From assembly GCA_008632985.1 (NCBI GenBank), contig QPGO01000237.1, positions 1 to 64,000 of the forward strand: a stretch of 64,000 nucleotides of DNA, in the 5' to 3' direction. The stretch comes from Psammoneis japonica (lineage: Eukaryota). The first letter of the stretch is position 1. Each line of letters opens with the position of its first letter. A program made the translations under genes and the position numbers. Positions 53,214 through 64,000 of the stretch are shown here, one piece after another. Under the pieces are notes generated by a model. The model worked only from the letters and a program-made list of their open reading frames with translations, searched no databases and was not told the origin of the DNA.

Positions 53214-54570
53214 ACTTGTGCTGGAAACCCCAAGAAGGCTGTGGGGGATGGTGCAGATCTCGCGAGCAGCCATGATTTCACGATGCACGAGGCGGAAATG
53301 TGTGCGCAGCATCTGTGGAAGCTCCGAGAACAATGCTCTGAATTTATTGAGACTGACGTGACAGATGGCAAGGATGGCGAAGTGTTTGTCACTAAGGAGC
53401 TTTGCAATGAGCTCTTGAAAGATGACACTGTTTTTTCTGACATGGCTCGAGACCTTGAGGAATCATTTGAGTGGAAAAGAACCAAGGCGACAAAGGCGCA
53501 TGTGGATTTTTTTGAGAATGAAGATGCAGATCAGCAGCAGTGGCCTGATTTTCAGACTGCATGATGCAACAAGAAATTTACACCACCGGATGAGAAGAAA
53601 CTCCGGACAGCATTTGACTGTTGTTTCGATGCAATGCTGCCTCATCTGAAGCGAGATTTGTTCAGTCGGTCGCCGGGCAAATGCATCAAGTGGGACGCAA
53701 CGTTTGACATGGCGAAAAAAAACTGTGAACGACCCTGATTCAGAGGAAGAGATCAATGCTCTTGCGATTCTTTTTGCCATGCATGGGCATGTGATGAGTT
53801 GGGCTTTTGCAAAATCAGAGAGCAACGACGTGTGCCAGAAATTGAATTATTTTCTCTGAAAGCACTGTGAACGGCTCGGTCACGATCATGTGGATGGGGC
53901 GGAATTTGCATGCTCAGACACCTGCTGTGGTGGTTGCAAGGACCATAAAGCCCATTGGTTTGCTCAGTGCTGGCCTTGTGCCGAGGAGGTGCCATTGAAA
54001 GACAACATGCACGGTCAGAAGAAAGTGTGAGAGTCAACCAGGGGGGCGGATCACGAGCTGCTCAGTGCATTCACAACGGCGTTTGCATCAAAAAGTCTCA
54101 AGTTTGACACAGTCAGCAGACACCACACCTTTGAGCTGTTCAAAAAGGAATCCAAGGAGGTGTCACACTCTAGAGAATTGGGAGTGCCGGTCATGTTGAA
54201 AAGGCAGAAGTGCAAGGACAAAACTTTGAACTGCACTCCAGACAAAGACACAATGGCAAGGGAAATTGAAGAATGTTGTGCTGACATTGAAAAGGCCCAG
54301 GAGAAGCTTTGTGCCAAAGAAACTTTAAAAGGAAATGGATGCTTGACGCACATTCTGAAGCCGGTGAAAGGGAAGCAACGGGGAACAAAGGCAGAGGTTG
54401 ACAACATGCTCACACACATTTGGAAAGGTTGCCACCAAGATCCTCTGCCTCCAGACCAAATGAGCTTTAGGATAGATCCAGACGACGAGCATTCCGACTT
54501 GGTGAGAATCCATTTGACTTTGCAGGGTGAGTCCTTCAACAAGCAAGCCAATCGTCTTGTGCATGACATC
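53214..54570 (+). pseudogene. Catalytic region of element H transposase
   Basis: KWDATFDMAKK, VMSWAF..SE, SDTCC, LKDNMH and GESFNKQANRL motifs in DDE-like spacing; superfamily not assigned. Confidence 0.55.
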
Positions 54571-54573
54571 GTG

Positions 54574-54634
54574 GACAGCCTGCAGATGCAGGAAAGTGGC
54601 ATCATTGGCGGCCACTGCAGGGATGCCTGCTGCA
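54574..54634 (-). repeat. Outer remnant of the 5' LTR of element E
   Basis: GACAGCC...CAGGAAAGTGGCATCATTGGCGGCCAC...GATGCCTGCTGCA matches 13956-14016 and ends at the same base. Confidence 0.65.
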
Positions 54635-54638
54635 CAAG

Positions 54639-55003
54639 GCCATCACCACCAAATGCCCTGGTCTGCACTTCCACTTGGCTGTCTGCTCCATCCTCTGCCT
54701 TGCCTGCAACACTCATGCCAACATCCTCTGGGCCACTTGCAAACTCACCAAGGCTTGCACTGCACAAGGTGTGAAAGACTTTGATGCACTCATTCATCTC
54801 TTTGGCTGTCTTTGGAAGCATCAAGACTTGGCAATCAAGTTTTACTCTGATCCGTTCGAGAGCCCCATGTTTGCAATTTGTGAAGTTCACAACATCAATT
54901 GTTCTGAACTTGTTGTTTTCAAAAATGCGAGCTGGCAAGACTGCCCGGACACCACAAGATCAACTGTTGGATTTATGATTTTCTTCAATGGGGCAATGGT
55001 GAA
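54639..55003 (+). pseudogene. pol: Right part of copia X (RT C-terminus and RNase H start)
   Basis: AVCSILCLACNTHANIL (degenerate GSLLYL..TRPDI), NASWQDCPDTTRSTVG; in frame with 13645. Confidence 0.8.
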
Positions 55004-55454
55004 TGACAGGATTTGAACAGGATTCAGGTGCGCGCAAAATGTCGCGCACTGTTTAGTTTACCACGCACAGTTTTGTGTGCTTTAGTTCCACGCGTTCGCG
55101 CGCGATGTAGTTTGCTTTCGAGCCACAAGGCTCACAAGAATGACAACAGTGGCCCGATTGTGTCAACTTGCACGTCTTTTGGCTCCTGTGATGGTCTCTG
55201 AGCGGAGACTCATCTGCTGTTTAGACAGCAGCAAGGAGTCATTGTTTGAATTCTTGCCATTTGCCTTCAATTTCTGTCAGATTAACAGTCTTGCTCATTG
55301 TCAACCCATTGAGCAACCGCCATCATCGTCGTTGATTTACCAACGACGCTTTTCAATTCTGCGTGGACCTCCGTGTATGTTCTACGTGCACATCGGCAAG
55401 TCTACGCGCATTTAACACCAGGCATCGGCTGGAATTTAACGTCACCGTCAAATC
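55004..55454 (+). repeat. Family-B 5' LTR (55004-55279) plus PBS and ~175 bp of leader, truncated
   Basis: Matches the reverse complement of 27961-27510. Confidence 0.92.
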
Positions 55455-55722
55455 TGGCTTGTCATGTGTAACTGCGAAATGGTCATTTGTGCAACTACGA
55501 ACCGTTGCAACAATTGACAAATTAAGACAAAATGGGTCATTTCGGTCATTGCACAAATGTTTGAAAATTTGGATAAGAAGAAACCAGGCATGAATGTAAG
55601 ATGAGTCATGTTTGTTTTGCGTGCAGAAACCACCAAAAATGATTTGTGATGATTTTGTGACCCAGTGAGCCAAACGCATCCGGCCGGGAAAAGAACCATC
55701 CCATGCTCCAAATGCTGTTCAA

Positions 55723-58341
55723 GTGGAGCAAGTCAAAAAGGGCGGCACGCCCAATTCTTCAACCAACACGGCATCTCGTTCGGCCGAAGCCGACGATTCT
55801 AGCCCTGCTCTTGATTCGCACCCTGGAGATTTGTTCCCCTCCTTCGCAGCCGCCCGACAATTTCTAGGCCCAGACGCTAAAGCCGACCGCAATGACAACA
55901 ATTTGAAGAAGAAGAAAGATCCTTCTGTTTCTGTGGTCAGCGAATTTAGCTGCAAAAAACCGGGTTGCAGCTTCAAAGCAAACATTGTCGCGGCACCGTC
56001 GACTGGCCCCTGCAAGTTGGAAGTGACATGTGGCCATGATGGTCACAATCCCCGAACTTGGCGGGAGCACATTCTCGCAAAAGGCTCAAGGGGTCTTCCT
56101 CCTGTGGTAAAACTGCATGTGCAGCTCATGATGGAAAGCGATCCGAACGCACCGCCGAAGGACACACAGAGAAAAACTGTGGACCACTTTTCAAATTCGG
56201 AAGATCCGTCTGCATCCGAGTTGTTCGAAATGCAGGATCTCCGCGACAAGGTTTCTAACAAGATTTGCCACTGCATCACACAGAGACAAAGAGAGGTGGC
56301 AACAACGGCACACCCTGCGTCCGAACACAAGACCTGGTTTCGTACTGTCGGAAATGGGGCTTGCGGATTCCAGAGGGTTTCAATGCAGAACCCGTTTCTT
56401 CGGAAGTCCACATGAAAGAAAAGGCCAAATGGCTGCACGCGAGGGGTGTAAGAGGCAAGCGTCAGAGCAAAAATGGGATGCCACACACGGACATGTTCTG
56501 CTTGCTCCAGCCGGATGACTTGCCCAGCAAAGTCAAGCAACGGTTGACCGAACTACAAGGCAAGTCGGAAGCCAGGTTCCGAAAAAGAAAAGGTCCGAAG
56601 GGTCCCTTCCTGGGAGCGAGGGACAACACGGTTGTTTTCTCCTCCCTCGGTCTGTTGCGAAACATCTGTGATTGTCGCAACCTGGAGTGCCGTGTGGTTG
56701 GCACAATAGATGGAACTCATGGAGTCGTCTGCAACGACTTTGTTCTCATCGCATTCGGCATGAGCGACTTTTCGAAACGAGAGAAAACTGGAAAGCATTA
56801 CTGCTCCAGCACGTTCAAGCCAATTTGCCACTGCTTGACCACCGGAGAGCACGAAGAAGGTGCCGTGTTGATGTTCTGTGCTTTGCAAAAGGCGGCGTCG
56901 GACTTGTTTGGGACAACCGACTTGGAGTTTGCAGGCGGACTTTGCTCGGATCACTCGAAAGCCTTCTCGAACGCTTTTAAGCTGTTGCACCCTGACAATC
57001 CCAGAGGCACGTGCTATCCTCACATTCTCCGAAAGTTCCGCACAGATTTCATGAGGCAAGGAAACGGACAATGCCAGAAGTACGTGAAGGACACGACTTT
57101 CCTGTCCAGAGTTGCCATCCATGAGGTGAGGATGCTCCACCGGTGCAAAACTGTAGAGTTGTTCCATGCCATGTCTGGCATGGTGCTCAAGTCATGGAGG
57201 AAGGCGGGCGAAACCAAATTGGCGGATGTGTTTGCAGAACAGTACATCAACGACGACGACTTCATGAACTGGCACTACACGTCTTTCGGGGAGCCCGGTT
57301 TGGTTCCACAGAACAACTCTCACGAGAGGCAAGTCGTTCGTTGTTGCCCAGGACAGTTTTGATCATTTAGGTCCATGCTCACACATGATGTTTCACAGGA
57401 TGAATCTCAAAATGAAGGGTTCGCAATCCATCAACGGCTTGATTCCCCTTGGCGTGACCCTCTCCCGTGCGCTGAATGCGTCCCTGCCATCCATGGTCCA
57501 CACCCACACACTAGAGCGGTCCACTGTTTCACGGAGGCATGGGATGTTGGACGAAGACAAAGCGCTGACCAACGATGTGTTGGTAGACATCGGCCGACTA
57601 GACACAAAATGCGACATTGCAACGTACGAAGGCGGGCATCTCGTCAACACTCAAGACTGCGTTGGGGACACAATTGACAAAACTCAAATCATGGACTGCC
57701 ACAACGCGTTGAAAGGGTTCCCCCATGGAGAATCTGCTTCGGACCACAAGTCGCTGCACAAACTGACCACTGGTTTGTGCAAAGTCACAGTGACAGAGTC
57801 GGCCGATGGTACGAAACTCTTCGTCGGAGACTGCGAAGAGTTCTACAAAACAATGAAGTGCCCACATGCCGCCATCCTGCAACATGCAGATGTCATCCAA
57901 TCACGGTCAACCAAGCTTCCCACCAGAAAACGCGCCCGCCAAGAGAGAATCGACCAAATGAAGATTGACACCAAAGCTCGCGAAGAAGAAGCATCCAAGA
58001 AGCGACGCAAGGCTACACCATCGAAGAATGGCCATGCCGGCCAAACGACTCCAGCAGTTAGACCACCCATCATTAGCCCCGCGGGATGGCCCATTGTTTT
58101 GTCTGCTCCTTCTGCTTTGTTTCAAACGTCGGCCATGCTGTTTCAACCGACTGCTCTGCAAGGCATCCCGTTAGATTATTCTGGAGCGTTCCCCGGGACC
58201 GTTCCACCGCCGTTGCCAACGCACAATGCATTTAGGTCCAACAAAGCCCACCTCGGGGAAAGTTGTTGCCTTTGTGTTGTTTATCAATGCAGAGTTCCGG
58301 GGTGTCTTTGTGCGTGTCACCATCAGCAGGAAAGAGCTTAA
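55723..58341 (+). pseudogene. Mutator-like (MULE) transposase with SWIM-type zinc finger
   Basis: C..C..H.H N-terminal finger; IDGTH, CSDHS, CYPH, and NNSHER-MN after splicing intron 57329-57398; C....KCPH SWIM motif; frameshift near 56330. Confidence 0.85.
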
Positions 58342-60559
58342 AGGGTTGGCACACCGGAGGAATGTCAACATGATTGTTTTTGTTGCCGGAGAAAGTGGCA
58401 GTGATGCAAACGCAAGCACTAGTGACAAATGTGTTTCACAATCAAACCATTGATGCCGGCGACCCGACATTGAGATCAGTTCAAATGGTTCCCCACAAAT
58501 CCATGAACATCTTTCGTCACAACAAGAGGAGGCAGCACGGATCCTTTTTCCTCCGACAAATGCCGCACGTACGCCGTTGGCTCTTTCTCGGCAACTGATT
58601 CTCGACACACCAACGCCACTGCTTTCATGCTGGAGATGTTTTCCTTCCGGTTCGTGAGCGGCAACACAAGCACAAATTCCCTTGTTCGCCAGAGATGCTT
58701 CCACAACCAAGAACGCCCATGGCCGTAGTTCGCATTAAAGAGCAAGTGCAACAAAAAAGCCGTTGACGCCTCCGCTTTGCTTTGGTGCGATGCACGGCAT
58801 TTACTTTTCAAACCTGCAGGAGGCAAACGATGATGATGAAGAGCATCCATTCCCCCAACAACTGTGCTTCGCCGAATGACATTGTAATCTATCGTACAGA
58901 GGCAACCACCATCTCTGGTTCACTGGACGTTCATCGCCGAGCGCAATTCCTTGTCGCTCTTCATTCCCAGGCAATCAACTGCCAGGAACCTCATGACATT
59001 GGGCAATGGAAGATGGTGGTTTTTGTTTAGCAAAGTCTGAACCACACCAATGGGATCCGAAATGATTTTGTCAGAGTGCAGTTTTGATTCTTCCAACTTG
59101 TTTCGTTCCTTGTCAGACGTCTTTGCTTTAACCGTAAACTCCAAGTTCTTCGTCGTGGACAACCTTGCAACAAAAGAACAGGATTTGGTGGATGCATTGA
59201 AGGCATCAACCCATTCCGGACGACAGTCATTATCGGACGCACTCGGTTGGGCAAAATTTTTCCTTACATGCTTTTCCGCAGGAGACAAGGCCGCAGGGTG
59301 CTGGACAATAATTGGGACTTTCCCTGGACCGCACTTGCACTCGAACAGATTGCAATTTGCAATGTAACTGTCACTGCCACCCGCGACAGTGTCGGGACTG
59401 TCCTTTGTGAACAAACACATGCACTCCTCGCCTTCCAGCGTTGTAATGTCTAGTTCCGCCGCAACGGCCGCAACCACCTGACACAGCTGATCCTTTCGTT
59501 CGAGGTTTATGCCCATCTGTCGGAATTTCTTTATGGATTGTTCGCTTCCGGGCAAATGCGAATCGACAATTCCCAGATCATGCTGCTTGTGGTTGCCAAC
59601 ATGGCAGAGGATCAACTTTTGGGTTTTCAACTTGTCACTGGATTGAAACGAATTAGAGACTTCGTTCACCAACTTTAGATGCTTCGTAGACGTCATCTCT
59701 TTGCCTCGATGCAAAGAGATGATTTGATAAAAGCTGCAAATGGATCTGTTTTGCGTTGCATCCAAAACTGGTTGACTGTTGGTGCTTTGGTGTCGAATGC
59801 CGCCAACCCCGGCAGATCCGTCAAGCTGGGCGTTGCCGTCTACACTGGGACAGTGCATTCCAAGCCACCATCGAAATCCATTGGAAAATCCATTTGGCAA
59901 CAGATTGGATCTAACTTTCCTCCATTCATCCAAATGCTGAGTTCCAAATCGACAAAAACGTTCCATGTTGTTTGTTTGAGTAGTTGCAGCAACACAAATG
60001 TCGGCAAGCAGGCATTCTGACATTCGTTGACGCTGCTCGTCATGCAAATGCATTGACATCTTGTCAACAATGTCAAACACCGGGGACAAGCCCACCAGGG
60101 GATTCAAGTGGATGCAGTCTCGGCGGCATCCTTCGGCAGGTGGACAATGTGTGGCAGGTGTGATTGTGCGATGCGGCAATGGCACGTTGTTGCAGCGATC
60201 GACGATCAGCTTGACAGCCTTCTCCATCTCCCACATTCGATGGCAGTGGTTCGTGTTGGATCCCTTCCAAAACACAGTCACCGGAAACAACACATTTGTG
60301 TGCAACACTTCACAACACATGGTTGTCCACACACTCATGATCGGACTCCATTTCTTGCAACCAAAGCCGTCTGGGTGATGGAGCAGGTGCTCGGTCAGTG
60401 TCATGCTGCAGTCCAATTTGAATGTCAGTGGAACAATCGACATGCACTCGGTGAATGCGTCTTCACGAATTTGTTGGGCAAAATCGTCAAGGCGCTTGGG
60501 GTACAATGATTCGTCGATGACTGGAATCCCGGGGAAAGCTTTTTCCCATGCATCCTTAA

Positions 60560-61006
60560 CACCACATCCACGGATTCACCAGGCAAAATTGGCAAAAGTC
60601 GGGTGTGGATAAAAGTGTGCATTTGGTCAAAATCGATTGTTGAGTGCAAATGGTGGTGTCTTTAGGGTCCCTTTAGTGAGCCGAACACGCACATTTCTCA
60701 TTTGACCATCACAGGTCTGTCTTGTGGGGGGTGTCAAAACGTCGTGCTTTGACGCGTCTCGAGGATTAATCGTCACATAATGCATTCAGCCATTGAGGCC
60801 ACACAAAATTGAAAATTCACACATTAAAGCACGACGTTTTGACGTCCCCCGTAAGACGACCTGTGATGGTCAGATAAGAAATGTGCATGATCAGCTCACT
60901 AAAGGGACCCTAAAGATACCACCATTTGCACTCAACAATCGATTTTGACCAAATGCACACTTTTTGCTGTACCCGAGTGTTGCCTGGTGAATCCGTGGAT
61001 GCGGTG
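60560..61006. mobile_element. Foldback MITE with ~190-bp TIRs and TTAA TSD (piggyBac-like)
   Basis: CACC...GGTG ends; arms ~60560-60752 and ~60824-61006; TTAA at 60556-60559 and 61007-61010. Confidence 0.9.
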
Positions 61007-62307
61007 TTAAACAACTGACCTAGCTTGGCCATTGGAGGTGCACAGCGCTTGGTGCCTTTGTTGAACTGGGGCACCGATGTGCCGTTTTCTCCTCTCACTC
61101 CATTGTGGTTGCCACTGGATCCAACCGTCACTTCACGATTTCCTCGTTCTCCGGTGACGGGCACCTGACATCGACCTGGACAACCGGGTTTCTCTCGAAG
61201 GCAAAAATCATGCCAAACTTGCTTTAGACCCAGTGAGCGGATGCAAGAACACCATTCATCGTCATCCACAACTGCCGCCACTCGTTGATTGCCACACACT
61301 ACGGAATGTGGTCGACCCGGTTCCAAAGTTTTTACATCGACACCCAGACAATTGGCCTCCGACAGGTGGCGAGTTCGGTCCTCGATTCTAACCTCACCGT
61401 GGGGATTGCAGTGAGGCTTGGTCATTGCAGCTAGTCCAGTGTGCCCACGTGGAAACAGCAAAGCCATGTCAGGATCTGGAAGAATGAAGTGCTCACCCGG
61501 ATGCTTCGCTTTGAGTGCAGTGGAGGGTGGGTCCTTGTTTCGCATCTGCATGGAAAACAGTGCTTTCCGAAAATGCGCTGTGTCTTCGTCGCAACAAGCA
61601 ACGGATGTGTCCTCACAGGTGACGTTGGGCTTTTCGGAGGAAGAGTAATTGATCACTTGGCAGCACCTTCTGAAATTTGCATCATGAGATTCCAACAGAG
61701 ATTGATGTCCCTGTCATTGGGCCTGCAACACAGGAGGTTCAGATTCTTCTGAGTCGGTAGAATCGTTGGAGTCGTCATCCACCTCCAGAGGATCAAATGT
61801 GCAAGACTCGTTGTCACCAAAAAAGGATGACCCGGCATGCACAGGAGGGCTAAACCGTCCTTCTAAAATGGGCGAGGAAGAGGCGGATGCAGAATTCTGG
61901 CGTTGGCTAGGTGGGCTGCCATTGCATCTGGTGGACAACGAGGAAATTGAGGTTGTAGACTCGCACCCAGAAGCAGACACATCAATTCGACAACTGCGCT
62001 TTGAACGGTGACTTGACGTAAAGGCACCAGAGGAAGATCGCTTGTTTCCAGCAGGAGGGGGTGGGAGGTCATGCCTTGACGGCAGAGTGTTCCTTAAAGT
62101 GCGTGTGTTGCAATTACGATGGCTCGGGACGGACCTGGCAGACCTGACAGGAGTAGATGTGGTCGATGGAACCGAACGAGAAGTGGCGGAGGAGCCACTG
62201 GATGATCAACCAGAAATGGTGGCATGTTGTTTTTGGACGTCGGGCTTCGGAGACTGATGGAAACGACGAGAACCATTCGTTGGGCCATCTAGCGACGGGG
62301 AGCCACC

Positions 62308-62850
62308 CCAGCGAGAACGACCATTGTGTCCTGTGGGATCAGTTGCTGTCACGGGAGAACCAGCGGCAGATGAGCCAGCGGACACAAGGGAAGCAGCAGC
62401 AGCATGCCCAGAAATGGCGGGAGCCACATGTTGGTTGCTCAAGCGGGAACGACCATTGTGTCCTGCAGGATTGGTCACCATCACGGGAGAGCCGGCGGCA
62501 GAAGAGCTGGCGGCCGCCAGGGAAGCAGCAGCAGCATGCCCAGAAATGGCGGGAGCCACGTGTCAGTCACTCAAGCGGGAATGACCATTGTGTCCTGTAG
62601 GACCAGTTGCTGTCACGGGAGAACCGGCGGCAGATGGGCCAGCGGATGCCAGGGAAGCAGCAGCAGCATGCCTGGAAATGGCGGGAGCCACGTGTCGGTC
62701 ACTCCAGCGAGAACGACGATGGGATGATGCAGAATCACCAGCTGTTGCGGGAAAATCATTGGCAGATGGGCCAGCAGAAGCAGTGGAACCAGCAGCAGCA
62801 GAACCAGCAGTTGCCTTGACTTGGTTGGGGTCACTCCAACGAGAACGACG
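62308..62850. repeat. In-frame 132-bp (44-aa) tandem repeat, ~3-4 copies
   Basis: GACCATTGTGTCCTG at 62319, 62451, 62583. Confidence 0.9.
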
Positions 62851-64000
62851 ATGAAGTGAGGGTGCTTTCGTGTTCGTCGAGGGGGAGCCAGCGGCAGACA
62901 GGCTTGTGCGGCCAAAAGAAGCAGCAGGACTTGAAACAAAAGCTGGACCCGGAGGTTGGTTCTTTAGCGGTTGGCCCCATCGAGAAAGCCGCTTGGAGTG
63001 ATTGACACGGGTGGGGGCACCACAGCAGTCACTCATTGCACTGCACCAAACGTCAAAACAGGAACAATGCAAAAAAATACAAAGAGAAAGGATTGGCAGA
63101 AACAAGAAAAAGAAATAGAATGGGCAAAGGAGAGAGCAACGAAAACAAGAAACAACAGAGAAAACAAAAAGAGAGAGCAAGCAAAAATGCAGGCAGCAAG
63201 AAAAAAGAGAGAACAAAGAAGAGAGAGGAAGCAAAAAAGACGAAACAAAGAAGAGAGAGGAAGCAAAAATACAGACAACAAGAAGCAAGAGGAAAGAAAG
63301 AAAGAAGAAAGAGCAAAAAATGACAGATGCAGAGCTGCAACGGCGCCAACCGCACAAAAGCATTGATGGCGCCGAATGGGAAAACACAGTGAAAAAAAAA
63401 AGGAAAGAAAGGCAACAATGAAAGAGGAGCAGTCCTTTTGGCAAAGGACCATTGGATGTGGTGCATCACACCTGAGTAGACTAGAAGAGAGAAGGAAACA
63501 ACAAACAACAAAAGCAACAAGAAAGGTCGAGTTGTGCAGATACGGTGTGCCGTGTGGATGCAGAGTGATGTTTTTCGTCTACGGCAAAACACTGCTGGTT
63601 CGTGGTAGTAGGTAGTACATGCAATCGCCAACGGAAAATCGCCAACGGACATCGCCAACGGAAACCATTATATTCATGAATGTTGTTTTAGGCGAACAAA
63701 AGCGTTAACATCCGTTAAAAGGATGTAAGCAAAATTATGTAGGAATATGTACCAGAAGAATAATTAAAGGAAAAAAATGTTCAGTATTATGACACTAAAA
63801 CAAAATAAAGATAATTATTTAAAAGATAAATTATCCATCATGAACATTTTTACACAAATTGTATAAATACACTGGCATTCCTCGCCAAAATGACCGTTGT
63901 CTAATCGGTTTTCGGGCATGTAGTCATTTTATACATTTTGTGTAACTAAGCCACCCGTGGATACACAGAATTAGCGTCTCCTTACCGCTGGATATCTGGA

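Larger units (their letters stand above)
58476..63036 (-). pseudogene. Large unknown gene convergent with the MULE transposase, interrupted by a MITE; possible DNA-modifying enzyme
   Basis: ORFs 62563-63036, 62206-62559, 60910-61695, 58920-60506 and 58476-58850 form one gene; rejoining at TTAA gives in-frame GQLF-KDAWEKAFPG. Confidence 0.6.

Noticed and set aside
1061..63100. Alternative genetic code or TGA readthrough
   Set aside because: In-frame TGAs sit at Arg (CGA) positions, and substitutions differ between copies and occur in non-coding LTRs, so they are mutations, not recoding.
1061..63100. Classical fungal RIP, or APOBEC/ADAR editing of retro-intermediates
   Set aside because: The direction is TpA loss, not gain; it is strand-symmetric and affects DNA transposons.
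1061..63600. Hundreds of overlapping Cys/His-rich ORFs in all six frames
   Set aside because: Artefact of TpA loss: TAA/TAG stops are erased and TGY/CAY codons are enriched. These are not real metal-binding proteins or antisense genes.
62971..63658. Lys/Arg-rich and Phe/Leu-rich ORFs
   Set aside because: Purine-rich low-complexity tract upstream of the large ORF; no coding evidence.
63624..63667. ATCGCCAACGGA x3 as the MULE right TIR
   Set aside because: Plausible subterminal repeat, but no matching left terminus or TSD was found in the window.

Overview
Eukaryotic heterochromatin-like window, most likely from a pennate diatom (inferred from CoDi-like copia and diatom-type gypsy, Harbinger, Plavaka and MULE proteins). 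About 1.06-63.6 kb is a stack of nested transposons. I resolved the nesting by eye from LTRs, TIRs, target-site duplications (TSDs) and in-frame rejoining of split ORFs. It contains several Ty1/copia elements (one nearly intact, 20855-27961, TSD GCGAG), two Ty3/gypsy-type elements (TSDs GTTTC and CTCC), a PIF/Harbinger, a 13.6-kb Plavaka element (TIR CATCAGAGTGCACGA, TSD AC), an unclassified DDE element, a MULE and a TTAA foldback MITE. No intact host gene is evident. The main discovery is a RIP-like but opposite-direction, repeat-targeted hypermutation: TpA is converted to TpG/CpA (A>G or T>C on both strands), alongside ordinary CpG decay. It turns Tyr into Cys/His and erases TAA/TAG stops and GTAAG splice donors. 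It is directly visible in LTR-pair and TIR-pair comparisons, affects DNA transposons as well as retroelements, and spares discrete islands. Secondary findings are a MULE-linked large ORF resembling a 2OG-Fe(II)/HhH-fold DNA-modifying enzyme, primer-binding sites matching non-Met tRNA halves, and a 41-kb block nested inside one copia RT gene. All counts and alignments were done by eye; no database searches were run.
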